Shown in pieces: positions 51,847 through 61,344 of a stretch of 61,894 nt of DNA; the stretch's first letter is position 1; the number at the start of each line of letters is the position of its first letter. A model generated the notes under the pieces. It was not told the DNA's origin. It searched no databases and saw nothing but the letters and a program-made list of their open reading frames with translations. Origin of the DNA: Planctomycetota bacterium (GTDB taxonomy: Bacteria; Planctomycetota; UBA8108; SXIK01); assembly GCA_016209535.1 (NCBI GenBank), contig JACQVW010000404.1, positions 1 to 61,894 of the forward strand, in the 5' to 3' direction. Position numbers and translations under genes: made by a program.

Positions 51847-51868
51847 GGTTGCAACGAAGGTTGCAACG
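51847..51868. promoter_or_regulatory. tandem palindromic sites GGTTGCAACG-AA-GGTTGCAACG (candidate integrase/Xis arm-type or repressor sites)
   Basis: Read directly in the low-GC spacer between the tRNA remnant and int. Related GTTGCA copies occur at 51634-51639, 51793-51798 and 56949-56955. Confidence 0.4.
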
Positions 51869-51962
51869 GGCAAAAGGTAAAGTGCTGGATTCTAAGAAAC
51901 TGCCCGGTTAGCCGCGACACCCCGACGAGGCGAAAGGGTGCCGGGACCGAAAGGAGACCGAG

Positions 51963-53345
51963 ATGCCGAGGGCGAAGCGCAACCGATCCCACATGTGGAG
52001 TGTCGAGGGCAAGCCCTGGATCTACCGCCGTCCGTTTCTCGCCCGAGGGAAGTGGCGAGTGCGAAGGCGGAGCAGGCTCGTGGAGGGACGGCTCGAGATG
52101 ATCACCCTGGCGAGCAAGAACCTCACCGACGCCAAGCGCGACGTCGAGGAGATGGCCCGCAAGGAGCGCAAGGCGGCCGAGGAGGCCGAGGCGAACGGCG
52201 GGCCCATCGAGCCCAAGAATGCCACGGTCCGCGAGGCGCTCGACGAGTGGCTGGCCGTCATGCGCGCCAAGAGCGAGCTGCGCGAGCGCTCGGCCGTGAA
52301 CTACGAGAAGACGATCCCGCTCTACGCCCGCATGCTCACCCCCGATCGCCTCGTCGCCTCGCTCGAGTACGGCGACGTGGAGCGGCTCTTCACCGAGCAG
52401 TGGGATGACCCTGAAACGCCCAGGGGCCACAAGAGCCGCCTGGGCTGGAAGAACGCCTCCGGGCGGACGCGCATCATGCACCGCGGCGCGCTTGTCCGCT
52501 GGCTCGCCTGGTGCAGGAAGAAGGGGTACACCAGGGCGAACCCCGCCGAGGCGTTCGAGATCCCGGCGAGCTGGCAGAAGGAGGCGACCCGGGCGACCCG
52601 CGAGACCGGGCAAGCACTCAGCCCGGACGAGATGCGCAGGTTTCTCCGCGCCTGCGAGGATCCCTACCTCGTCGACTTCACTCCGAGGACCCGGAGCGGC
52701 AAGAGGCTTGCGCCCGCCTCGACGACGCCGAGCGAGGTTCGGCCGCCCGGGTGGCTCCACCCGTTCGTTTTCTTGAGCCTGCGAACGGGGCTGCGCGTCT
52801 CGAACCTCCTCGGCTCCCCGCACAAGCCGCCCCTGCGCTGGTCCAACCTCGATCTGGAGAAGGGTGTTGTACGCATCAGAGCCGAGCACATGAAAAACGA
52901 CAGCATGTTCGGCGCGCCGCTCCACCGAGAGGTTGTGGAGTACCTCCGGCGGCTCCGCGGGGACCGGATCCCGGCGCCCGAGGATGCCGTGATCCCCGGC
53001 ATGACACGGGAGGTCGACCGGCCGTTCCACGCCGTGCTCCGGCGCGCCGGGCTCGAGGAGCCCGTCACTGGGAACTTCCTCGGCGAGCTGCGCGACCAGG
53101 ACAATCCCCACGCCTTCCGCGTCCACGATCTGCGCCACAGCGCCCTCAGCCTCATGGGGGCCAGCCTCCCCGAGTTCGTCGTCGCGCGGCTCGCGGGCCA
53201 CGCCGGCGGGAGCATCACACGGAAGTATGCTGGCAAGATCCCGATAGATGAGCTGCGCCGCCACCTCGACGCGCTCCCGCCGCTCCTCGAGGAGCCCGGC
53301 GGCGACGAGCACCCGTCGAAAAGACTTGCCTGCCAGACAGGGTGA
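51963..53345 (+). CDS. tyrosine-type site-specific integrase
   Basis: 460 aa. AAGGAGA upstream. Catalytic-domain motifs LRTGLRVSNL (Arg), HDLRHSALSL (H-x-x-R), LAGHAGGSITRKY (His...Tyr). Confidence 0.9.
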   Translation: MPRAKRNRSHMWSVEGKPWIYRRPFLARGKWRVRRRSRLVEGRLEMITLASKNLTDAKRDVEEMARKERKAAEEAEANGGPIEPKNATVREALDEWLAVMRAKSELRERSAVNYEKTIPLYARMLTPDRLVASLEYGDVERLFTEQWDDPETPRGHKSRLGWKNASGRTRIMHRGALVRWLAWCRKKGYTRANPAEAFEIPASWQKEATRATRETGQALSPDEMRRFLRACEDPYLVDFTPRTRSGKRLAPASTTPSEVRPPGWLHPFVFLSLRTGLRVSNLLGSPHKPPLRWSNLDLEKGVVRIRAEHMKNDSMFGAPLHREVVEYLRRLRGDRIPAPEDAVIPGMTREVDRPFHAVLRRAGLEEPVTGNFLGELRDQDNPHAFRVHDLRHSALSLMGASLPEFVVARLAGHAGGSITRKYAGKIPIDELRRHLDALPPLLEEPGGDEHPSKRLACQTG

Positions 53346-53515
53346 CATAGAATGCCACCGGGTGCAGGGCGGGCGCGGCTGGAGGCCGAGATGCTCGGCT
53401 GACCACAACCGCGGCGTAGCCGCGCGGGCGCACCCCGGCGCGGTGAGGCGGCGCCCCCCATGGGACGGGGAAGCCGAGGGCGAAGAGCCAACCAACGGGA
53501 GGCAAGGCCCCATCC

Positions 53516-53803
53516 ATGGGAGTCCCTCTCATGTTCGCTCCTCTCCTCTCCCGCGACGAGCCCACCGTCGGCGACGTGCTCAACACGGAGGACATCTGCG
53601 CCCTCTTCGGTATCACGAAGCGCACTCTTAGCCGCTGGGTAGCGCGCCCGAGAAATCCCCTGCCCGTGTCCCGCCCCGGGGGCCGGCGCGCGTACATCCC
53701 GCGGGCCAGGTTGCTCGCCTGGCTCGCCACGCTCGAGGAGCGTGGGCCCTCGCCGCCGCCTCGCCGGGCACGAAAGGCCGCGTGCGTGGGGCGCAGCGCA
53801 TGA
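53516..53803 (+). CDS. excisionase / AlpA-like helix-turn-helix DNA-binding protein
   Basis: VLNTEDICALFGITKRTLSRWV followed by RRAYIPRARLLAWL is the typical Xis-type wHTH pattern. Lies next to int. Confidence 0.6.
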   Translation: MGVPLMFAPLLSRDEPTVGDVLNTEDICALFGITKRTLSRWVARPRNPLPVSRPGGRRAYIPRARLLAWLATLEERGPSPPPRRARKAACVGRSA

Positions 53804-54657
53804 GCCTCTCGGCCGGGATCCGGCGGCACCGCGACGCGTGGCGAGCCCATGCACGTTGGGTTGAGGCGCTCGAGCGCCTCTCTCGCGGTCGCGACGGAGC
53901 GGGCCGTCTCGCGCGAGAGCTGGCCGGCTGCGCCTTGCGCCTTCGGGTGGATCTCCGGGCCCAGCACGGCCTCGACCTCAGGAGCCTGCGGCCGCCCGGG
54001 TTTGTGCTGAGTCGGCGCCTGGCCTGGAGGGAGCTCTGGGCGTTGTGCTGGAAGCTCAGGATCCTCGTCGTCGCCCGCTACGCCCTGGCAGCGGCCGCCG
54101 CGGGCGATGTCCCCATGGCGATCGAGATCCTCTGCGCTGCACCGTCGGCGGTTGCACACCTCGAGCACCTCGGGGGTGGGGTCCTCCGGCTCGACGCGAT
54201 GGGGAGCCTGGCCGGCTTCGTGGCCTCGAAGGCCTCGCTCCGGACGAACCGCAGGCTCCGGGCGGCGCTCTCAGCGGAGGGCGGGGACCCGGCCCGCGAG
54301 CTGCTCCAGCGGCTCCCCGGGCCAGTCACCGTCGCCTGGAGCGAGCGCGGCCCCCGGGACGGCGCGGACGATGTTGCCCGGCGCGCCCTGCGGGCGCTCG
54401 AAGAGGAGCGGCCGAAGGCCCACGGGGAGGTGGAGCTGGGGGAGCACCTGGAGGCGCCCACCCCAGATGAACAGCGGGTGCCCACTATCGCCAGCCGCGA
54501 CCTGGCCCGGCTCTTGGCGCTCGCCTCGCCGGCGGAGCGTAGGCTCCTAGCCGCTTTGGCCGCGTCTTCCTCGATCGCCGAGGCTGCAAAGAAACTCCGC
54601 ATGAGGCCCGGCACCCTTCGGGTGGCGCTGCATCGCCTGCGCTGGCGGGCGATGTGA
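53800..54657 (+). CDS. hypothetical protein with a C-terminal sigma-70 region-4 / LuxR-like HTH
   Basis: ATGA overlap with the upstream stop. The C-terminus is SPAERRLLAALAASSSIAEAAKKLRMRPGTLRVALHRLR. Confidence 0.45.
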   Translation: MSLSAGIRRHRDAWRAHARWVEALERLSRGRDGAGRLARELAGCALRLRVDLRAQHGLDLRSLRPPGFVLSRRLAWRELWALCWKLRILVVARYALAAAAAGDVPMAIEILCAAPSAVAHLEHLGGGVLRLDAMGSLAGFVASKASLRTNRRLRAALSAEGGDPARELLQRLPGPVTVAWSERGPRDGADDVARRALRALEEERPKAHGEVELGEHLEAPTPDEQRVPTIASRDLARLLALASPAERRLLAALAASSSIAEAAKKLRMRPGTLRVALHRLRWRAM

Positions 54658-54690
54658 TGTAACGCCCGATGCATATAGGTAGAGGACCCA

Positions 54691-54903
54691 ATGACCAAAG
54701 TCTACGTCACTCTTTCCCGCGGCCCCTCGCCCGACCTGGCCGAGCCGCTCGCTGTCCTTGACGCGCCCGAGGTTGCCGAGGCTGTCCTGAAGGCCTTGGG
54801 GCGAGTCCTTCGGCCCCGCGGCGCGCTGCAGCCTCGGCTCATGTCCGACCTGGCCACGTCAACGAAGACCGCGGCAGCACGCCCCCAAGCAAGAACCCCG
54901 TAA
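54691..54903 (+). CDS. hypothetical small protein
   Basis: 70 aa. GAGGA upstream of the ATG. No recognisable family. Confidence 0.3.
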   Translation: MTKVYVTLSRGPSPDLAEPLAVLDAPEVAEAVLKALGRVLRPRGALQPRLMSDLATSTKTAAARPQARTP

Positions 54904-54960
54904 ACAAACCGGGCGCCCGACCGTCGATCACGGCCCCGGGCGCCCTGACTTGGTGAACCT

Positions 54961-56499
54961 ATGATGAAAGACAACCTACTGCACAATGAGTCGGGGCGCA
55001 ACGGCGGGAGCGAAGGGATTCCGCCGAGCGAGGCCCGGCTTCTTCGAAGGCTCTCCTGCCGCCGGCTCGAGGTCCACGACTCGGTGTTGTGGATAGATGC
55101 CCTCGGGGAGCGCAGGTATGGCGTCGTCCTCGAGGTCCAGGGCGACGAGACCCTCCGTATCCACGTCGAGACCGGCCGGACCGACAAGGAGTGGCTGGAC
55201 CCGGCGATCGTTGCTTCCCCCGGCTCGCCGAAGAGGCGAGAGGGATCCTCCGGCCCGACGCCGGTGTGGAACCTCTGCGACACCGAAGATGAGAGACTTG
55301 AGACCCTCGCCGGGCGAATCCACGAGGTGAACGCCACCGTCGCCCCGCCGCGCGCGCTCGTCGACGAGGGTCGCACGGCGTGCCCCCTGAGGCCTCTCTG
55401 CCGCGCCTCGCAGCCTGCGGCGCTCGGCGGCTCGGAGCACGCCACGCCGCGCACAGCGTTCAACCTCGGGTGGATCGACGGGATCGCTGTGATCCCCGAG
55501 GGCATGCGGAACGACAGCGTATTCCGCCTCCTCGCCGCATGCCGCGCCCGCGGCGCGGACGATGACCTCCTCGCGGAAGTCGCCGGCGAGATCAACGAGG
55601 CGCGCTGCGCCCCCCCCCTCGCCGCGCGCGAGCGCGACGGGATCGTACGGTCCGTCCGGCGCAACACCGTCGGGCCCAGCCGGACCCGGCCCGACCCCGG
55701 CGCGGCCGAACGCGCCCGGGCGCAGGAGGTCCTCAACGCCTGGATCGACGCCGTCTCGCCGGGCCTCGGCCGCCGATTCTGCCCCGACCGCCGCGCTCTG
55801 CACCTCGAGCACGCCAAGACCGGCGCCGGCCACGGCATGTTCCTCGACTGCGGCCGCCACAGTTGCGACTGCTGCGGGGCCAAGGCCCGCGCCATCGCCG
55901 CCTGGACCTTCGTCGAGAGCGCCCGCAACGTGAAGCTCTACGCATGGATCGTCCCCGCGGCCCGCTGGCCCGCACTCCGGCGCCGCCTCCGGAAGCTGGA
56001 GAAGGAGCAGGGCATCGCCTTCGCGGGTGCGGTCCTCCGAGGCGGCGACATCCGCGTCTACGCGTCCGCGCGCCTCGCACCCGAGGCCGTGGCCGTCCAG
56101 GACCGCCGCGAGGCTGCCTTGGCATTCGCTCGGGAAGCCGACCTAAGCCGCCCCCGGCGGTCGCCCTGGCTCCTCTGCTCGAGCTGGCGAGCCCGTCGCC
56201 GCGCGATCCTCGAGACGCTCCGCTACCCACGGAACGAGGACCTCCGGCTCGTCGCTATCGGCGCCGCGCCGTCCCACGCCGCCCTCCACGAGGCCGCGAC
56301 AGCCCTCGGCGTCGAAGTAACCACCCAGGCCGACGGCTACCGCGTTCGGCTCCGCCAGGGCGTCACGCATGAGACCTGGTGCCGGGCCATCGGGCTGAAA
56401 GTCGTGCGGTCGTTTCTACCTTCGCTCGCACCGAAGGTGGAAACGACGTGCCGCATGGCCGCGCACCTCTCCACCGGCCCGCCAGGCCAGGGGCCATGA
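54961..56499 (+). CDS. replication-associated protein with a PriCT-1-like (primase C-terminal) motif
   Basis: 512 aa. IPEGMRNDSVFRLLAACRARG...INEARCAPPLAARERDGIVRSV resembles the PriCT_1 pattern RN..LF..A..L....N......PL...E...I..S. Confidence 0.5.
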   Translation: MMKDNLLHNESGRNGGSEGIPPSEARLLRRLSCRRLEVHDSVLWIDALGERRYGVVLEVQGDETLRIHVETGRTDKEWLDPAIVASPGSPKRREGSSGPTPVWNLCDTEDERLETLAGRIHEVNATVAPPRALVDEGRTACPLRPLCRASQPAALGGSEHATPRTAFNLGWIDGIAVIPEGMRNDSVFRLLAACRARGADDDLLAEVAGEINEARCAPPLAARERDGIVRSVRRNTVGPSRTRPDPGAAERARAQEVLNAWIDAVSPGLGRRFCPDRRALHLEHAKTGAGHGMFLDCGRHSCDCCGAKARAIAAWTFVESARNVKLYAWIVPAARWPALRRRLRKLEKEQGIAFAGAVLRGGDIRVYASARLAPEAVAVQDRREAALAFAREADLSRPRRSPWLLCSSWRARRRAILETLRYPRNEDLRLVAIGAAPSHAALHEAATALGVEVTTQADGYRVRLRQGVTHETWCRAIGLKVVRSFLPSLAPKVETTCRMAAHLSTGPPGQGP

Positions 56500-56798
56500 C
56501 CTCGCACACGTCGCCCACCCCCCCAGACCACCCGAAAACCGAGCCCCCCGCGGGGACGGTCTGCCTGTACCCCGCGCCGCGCGCCTCGCGACAGCGCCGG
56601 CGCCGCCTCCGGCGGCTCTGGGACTCGGCGACCATATCCGGGAGCGTGGGCTGGCCCCCCCCCGAGCCCCCCGACCTCCTCATGCTCCGGTGCCGCGCCT
56701 GCCACCGCGAGGAGGTGGTCCGGCCCGGAGAGGGGCACCCACGCCCCTGCCCGTGCGGCGGGGGGACACTCGAGGTCGAGGAGTGGGCAAAGTTGTGA
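56496..56798 (+). CDS. zinc-ribbon small protein
   Basis: ATGA overlap with the upstream stop. CRAC...17 aa...CPCGG. Confidence 0.4.
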   Translation: MTSHTSPTPPDHPKTEPPAGTVCLYPAPRASRQRRRRLRRLWDSATISGSVGWPPPEPPDLLMLRCRACHREEVVRPGEGHPRPCPCGGGTLEVEEWAKL

Positions 56799-56903
56799 GC
56801 CCCGGGCTTTGCGTGGCACATCTCTGGGCCGTCACCGAAGGCGCCCTCCCGTCCGTCCGTGTGGCGTGGGGCGGAAGCTTAGGCCATCTGATACCATATC
56901 GGA

Positions 56904-56931
56904 TTGACGCTATACAGGGCGTTGCTATACT
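56904..56931 (+). promoter_or_regulatory. near-consensus sigma-70 promoter TTGACG-N16-TATACT; predicted start site coincides with ATG 56939 (leaderless)
   Basis: Read directly in a local low-GC patch that also carries GTTGC-type repeats. Confidence 0.4.
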
Positions 56932-56938
56932 TCGACTT

Positions 56939-57697
56939 ATGGAAGTCGTTGCAACCTGCGTTGAAACCTCGCCCGTAACGGCAACCGGACAGGACGCGGT
57001 GCGAGAGCGCACGCGGGCAACCGCCAGGACACGTGCCCGTCGTGCGAGGACCCGCGCCCTGGAGCGGGCGTGGCGCGGTCGGGCGGCTCCATGTACCCCT
57101 GGGCTCGCGTGCCCGTACCGCGAGGTCGCTTACTTGGTCTCCACGACGGAACACCCCGACGGGATCTGCGCGGATGCGGCTCCGGCCCGGCCTTGCTGCT
57201 GGGAGAGAAAAGTCTGGCAGACGGCTTACGAGGCGGCCTGTCAGGTCTGGTCGCCCGGAACGGCGGTCCTCGTCGCGAACCTTCACGCGACGATCACCCG
57301 CCGGGAGGTTCGCGGCCAGGACGCGACGCCGGAGAAGCTTCAGCTCCTCAAAGTCCAGGTTGAGAGTGAGGACCGAAGGGCGCGCCTCGACTTCGATCGT
57401 CAGCGCTTTCAGGAGCGACAGCGTGAGCTTGATGCGCGGCGTCGAGACGGCCCCGACCTTTTGAGTGCCTTGCTGGCCGCGCCGTGCGCCCCGGCCCTAC
57501 CCCCTGGCGCGATCCTCCACGCCGTCGCGCCGGACGCCCCCGGGGCGAACGGGGCGCGTGCCGGCGCCTCTCCCGTGACGACCCCGCCCGCTGCGTCCTC
57601 CGCCCCTCCCCCGGACGCTGCGGTGCCCTCGACGACCCCGGCCGAGGCGGCGGCCGGGGAGGCGGCGCCGGGCCTCTCCTCGGGAGGTACCCCATGA
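56939..57697 (+). CDS. hypothetical protein (Arg-rich N-terminus, coiled-coil centre, Pro/Ala-rich tail)
   Basis: Internal ATG of the 335-aa track ORF, immediately after the promoter. No recognisable family. Confidence 0.35.
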   Translation: MEVVATCVETSPVTATGQDAVRERTRATARTRARRARTRALERAWRGRAAPCTPGLACPYREVAYLVSTTEHPDGICADAAPARPCCWERKVWQTAYEAACQVWSPGTAVLVANLHATITRREVRGQDATPEKLQLLKVQVESEDRRARLDFDRQRFQERQRELDARRRDGPDLLSALLAAPCAPALPPGAILHAVAPDAPGANGARAGASPVTTPPAASSAPPPDAAVPSTTPAEAAAGEAAPGLSSGGTP

Positions 57698-57912
57698 GGC
57701 TTGCTCCCGTCCCCCCGAGCCCCGAGGCCTGCCCTGCGGCCCGCTGCGCGTCCTGCCGGCGGCTCGGGGCGGCGGTTACGGAGGCCGTTCGCGACTTGCA
57801 GGATCTCCTCATGACGGCCGACCTCGACGGCTCGGCCTTGCGGACGCTTCACCGGGCGCTCGAGGGTCTCCTTGAAGCCGCCCCGGGCCGCCCCCCGGGA
57901 GGCGAGCCGTGA
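57694..57912 (+). CDS. hypothetical small protein
   Basis: ATGA overlap with the upstream stop. 72 aa. Confidence 0.3.
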   Translation: MRLAPVPPSPEACPAARCASCRRLGAAVTEAVRDLQDLLMTADLDGSALRTLHRALEGLLEAAPGRPPGGEP

Positions 57913-58136
57913 CCGCGCCCTTCCGACGGTTTTCCCTTCGACGCGAGCCCATGATCGTCGAAGCGCGGCGGAACGACGGGCGCGACCCGATCGGCGTGGC
58001 GAACGTCGCCGGAGGCTGGCCGCCGGGGGCCTGGCTCCTCGTCGTCCCGCTTCCGTCCGGCGCGCGGCGGATCGTCATAGACGATGAGCTGTTCAAGGCG
58101 CTCTTCGCCGAGGCGGCCGAGGAGGCGCGCCCGTGA
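57909..58136 (+). CDS. hypothetical small protein immediately upstream of TerL (the position of a small terminase)
   Basis: GTGA overlaps on both sides. 75 aa. The functional suggestion rests on position only. Confidence 0.3.
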   Translation: MTAPFRRFSLRREPMIVEARRNDGRDPIGVANVAGGWPPGAWLLVVPLPSGARRIVIDDELFKALFAEAAEEARP

Positions 58137-59563
58137 GTGTCGCGGCGGCACACCTCTCGTTCATAGAATTCGTCCACTCCGGCCTCCTGCTTGGCGACCA
58201 CGGCCAGCCCATAGCCATGACTCCGCTCCTGTCGCGGTTCGCGGATGTGGTCGAGGGCGGGGCGCGGGTGATCGTCCTCTGCACTCCGAGGCGGTGCGGG
58301 AAGTCAACGTGCCTCTCTGTCCTCGCGGCGTGGTTCCTCCTGACGAGGCCCATGAGCTTCGCCACGTACGTTTGTAGTACGAGCGACCAAGCCGCTGACG
58401 TCCTCGGTCAAAAGCTCGGAACCCCGCTCCGGCTCTTCGGGGCGGCGGTGAAACTCGGGCTCGGCGTGGCGCGCGATCGGCTGACCCGACCACGCTTCGG
58501 CTCGACGGTGGCGGTCCTGCCAGCGGTCGAGGTCTCGGCGGTGGGGCGCAGCCTCGATTGTTTGATCCTCGACGAGTGCCGGGGGATTGCGGAGGAGGTC
58601 GTCGAGATCCTGCGACCGAGCGCCATGCGGGGCCTGATCGTCATGGCTGGCACGCCAGGCGCGCCGCGTGGCTGGTGGCACCGGGCGGTCACGCAGCCCG
58701 AGCCTGGAGCCCGCGTGATTATCCTTAACGATCCAGCCGAGGCGGGGAACCCGGAGCTGGACTTGGGCTTTGTCGCGCGTGAGCGCGAGCGTCTCAAGGC
58801 CCGCGGTGCCTACGGCGAGTTGCTGGCGGCGCGCGAGTGGGGCGCGGCTTGGGTGGACGCGGTCGAGACGCCGTTCCTGAAGCCGTCGGATATCGGGCGC
58901 TCGAGCGTGGAGGAGGTCGAGGCGTTCGACCGCTCGGCGGGCGACGTGGCCTTCGCGGCGGCGGACCTCAGCGTTACCCGTGATCTCACTTCGACCGTGG
59001 TCGTCGCACGGCGTGGGGAGTCCTATCGCGTGGTCCACGTCGACGTCCTCGACCCAAGGCGTTACGGAGGGACTCTGCCGCTCGAGATAGTGGAAGAGCG
59101 GCTTGAGAAGGTCTGGCGGGACTATCAGCCGCGCCGGTTCGTGGTGGACCAGTACCAAGCGGTGTCGATCGCGCAGCGGCTAAGGGGGCGCGGTGTGCGG
59201 GTAGAGCCTGTGGCAGTAACGGCTGGACTGAACATTCTCGCGTTCGAGACGCTCGCCGAGCTGCTCGCCCAGGGCCGGCTGCGCTGGCGGCGGCACGAGC
59301 GCCTGGAAGCGGAGCTTGCCAACCTGGAGGTCGAGGAGACTCGGGGAGGGAACTTCCGTATCACTGACAACAACGCGCGGCTTCACCGCGACGTGGCCTG
59401 GAGCCTCGCCGTCGCATGTCACGAGGCGGTGCGCTCGCCCGGCCCCTGTCGGATCTGGGGTGGGGCTCTATGGGACGACTTGCCCGCCGCCGGCCCGGCG
59501 GGCCCACGACCAAAAGCGGAGATTAAGGCCGACGTCCGGCTGGCTTTACTGCGGGACTACTAA
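58133..59563 (+). CDS. phage terminase large subunit-like protein
   Basis: 476 aa. Walker A CTPRRCGKST, Walker B CLILDE, and a C-terminal RNaseH-like nuclease region (AAADLS...FVVDQYQ). Confidence 0.7.
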   Translation: MSVAAAHLSFIEFVHSGLLLGDHGQPIAMTPLLSRFADVVEGGARVIVLCTPRRCGKSTCLSVLAAWFLLTRPMSFATYVCSTSDQAADVLGQKLGTPLRLFGAAVKLGLGVARDRLTRPRFGSTVAVLPAVEVSAVGRSLDCLILDECRGIAEEVVEILRPSAMRGLIVMAGTPGAPRGWWHRAVTQPEPGARVIILNDPAEAGNPELDLGFVARERERLKARGAYGELLAAREWGAAWVDAVETPFLKPSDIGRSSVEEVEAFDRSAGDVAFAAADLSVTRDLTSTVVVARRGESYRVVHVDVLDPRRYGGTLPLEIVEERLEKVWRDYQPRRFVVDQYQAVSIAQRLRGRGVRVEPVAVTAGLNILAFETLAELLAQGRLRWRRHERLEAELANLEVEETRGGNFRITDNNARLHRDVAWSLAVACHEAVRSPGPCRIWGGALWDDLPAAGPAGPRPKAEIKADVRLALLRDY

Positions 59564-59577
59564 ACAGGAGGTGTCTC

Positions 59578-59850
59578 ATGGACAGGATCGAGCGAGCGTG
59601 GTCCGACGGCGTGCGGGCCGGGGCGACGTTGCACGCGCGGGGCGGCGGGACGCGGGAGGAGTTCATCACGGGGATCGAGCGCGAGTACGGGCCGGTCTTC
59701 GCGGAGGCGCTGGCCGTCCTGCCGCGCACGCCTGCGGCGCGCACTTTCCTCGAGGACACGGTCGCGCGGCTTCGCGGGCTCCGGGCGATCGGGGCCTTCC
59801 CCGACCTCGACCCCGCACCGCTCGAGCGTGCGCTCGCGGGGGTCGCATGA
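59578..59850 (+). CDS. hypothetical protein
   Basis: AGGAGG upstream of the ATG. 90 aa. Confidence 0.4.
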   Translation: MDRIERAWSDGVRAGATLHARGGGTREEFITGIEREYGPVFAEALAVLPRTPAARTFLEDTVARLRGLRAIGAFPDLDPAPLERALAGVA

Positions 59851-60110
59851 CCCCGCCCGTCGCCGATCGCGACCGGGTCCGCGCGGAGCTGGAGGCCGCG
59901 GGCGCGGCGGTTCTCGACGCTGCGCGTGCGGCGGCCCGCGGGCTCGCGCTCGCCGGTGAGGCGCTCGAGGGGCTCGAGCGCGAGCGTCACGCGCGACTGC
60001 GGGGCGAGGCGCTTCGCCTTTCCGTACCCGCGCACGTGCTCGACAACCTCAAGAACCTCGCGCGCAAGGCTGCCGGGCTCGTCCCCCTGCTTGGCGGAGG
60101 CTCGCCGTGA
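59847..60110 (+). CDS. hypothetical helical protein
   Basis: ATGA overlap. 87 aa. Confidence 0.35.
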   Translation: MTPPVADRDRVRAELEAAGAAVLDAARAAARGLALAGEALEGLERERHARLRGEALRLSVPAHVLDNLKNLARKAAGLVPLLGGGSP

Positions 60111-60829
60111 AGATCGCGCACCTGGATCGCGTGGTCGTCCTCGAGGCCGAGTCGGCCGCGGACCGTCGCGAGAGGCTTCGCCTGCGTGACGGGAAGCGTG
60201 CCGAGCTGCTCGAGCGTGAGTGCCGCCGGCGCGAATGCTCGTTTCAGCCGCCGCGCGACGAGGCGCTCGAGGCCGGCGAGGCTCGGCTCCGGGCGCTGCG
60301 CGAGCGGCTCGAGGAGGCGCGGGGCCGCCAGCGAGAGGCGCGCTCGGCGCTCGAGCGCTTGCGAGGCGCCGGGCCGGCGGCCGATGCCGTGGTCGCGGGT
60401 GCGGATCCCCTCGTGGCGGTCCAGGCCGCGCGGCGCGTGGAGAGGGGTGCGCGCGTTCGGCTCGAGGCCCTCGCCGAGGATGTCCAGGCGACGGAGGAGG
60501 CTCTCGCGCTCGAGGAGCGCCGCGTCGAGCCGCTCCGCGAGGCGCACCGCGCGCGCGTCCTCGCCGGCGCGCTCGAGGCGCAGCGGGCGGCCGTGGCGCG
60601 TGTCCTGGGGGCGCTGCGGACGCTCGTCGAGGCGGACGACGACCTGGTCGGGCTCGCCGACGTCGTGCACGCGGTGTGCGGGCGTCACGCCGCCCTGCCG
60701 CAGGCGCGGTTGGCGCTCGCCGGCCGCCCGTTCCCCGGGGACCTGGGCACCCCGGGGACCTTCGGTCACACCTACCTCGAGCGCCTGCGGCGCGCGGGGC
60801 TGGACGTCGACGGGCTCCTGGAGCCGTGA
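60107..60829 (+). CDS. hypothetical coiled-coil protein
   Basis: GTGA overlap. 240 aa rich in E/R/A heptads. Confidence 0.4.
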   Translation: MKIAHLDRVVVLEAESAADRRERLRLRDGKRAELLERECRRRECSFQPPRDEALEAGEARLRALRERLEEARGRQREARSALERLRGAGPAADAVVAGADPLVAVQAARRVERGARVRLEALAEDVQATEEALALEERRVEPLREAHRARVLAGALEAQRAAVARVLGALRTLVEADDDLVGLADVVHAVCGRHAALPQARLALAGRPFPGDLGTPGTFGHTYLERLRRAGLDVDGLLEP

Positions 60830-61344
60830 CCGTGGGCGTGGCCGCGTGCGAGCACGTCTACCGCCGCGTGGATCCGCGGCACGTCCCGCGGGCGGTGCGT
60901 GCGGCCGTGGCCGGGGCTCTGCGGCTTGCGGCCGAGGTCCTGGGCGACCCTGGCCTGGCCGAGCTACGGGTCGCATGGTTTCGCGAGGAGAGCTTCCCGC
61001 CGGTCCGCGAGGCGCTTGCGCCGCGCGCGGACCGCGAAGCGGCCGAGGAGGCGCCGGAGGTCTTCGCGTACCCCCGGAGCCTCGGGGGGGTCTTCTACCC
61101 CGAGCACCCCGGGGCGATCCGGCTCAACGCGGTCTCGACGCCGCGGGAGGCCGCGCGCGCGGCAATCCACGAGGCGACCCACGTCTGGCAGTTTCGTCGG
61201 GGGCTCAGCCCCGTTGACGAGGGAACGCGCCGGCTGGCCGAGGAGCACGCGCAGCGGACAGAGCGCGCCCTCGCGTCCCTCTTCGCGGGGCTCGACGGAG
61301 ACGACGAGGTCAAGCTCGAGGAGGTGGTGCCGTGCCCGCCGTGA
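60826..61344 (+). CDS. hypothetical protein with an HExxH motif (IHEATHVW)
   Basis: GTGA overlap. 172 aa. Confidence 0.4.
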   Translation: MTVGVAACEHVYRRVDPRHVPRAVRAAVAGALRLAAEVLGDPGLAELRVAWFREESFPPVREALAPRADREAAEEAPEVFAYPRSLGGVFYPEHPGAIRLNAVSTPREAARAAIHEATHVWQFRRGLSPVDEGTRRLAEEHAQRTERALASLFAGLDGDDEVKLEEVVPCPP

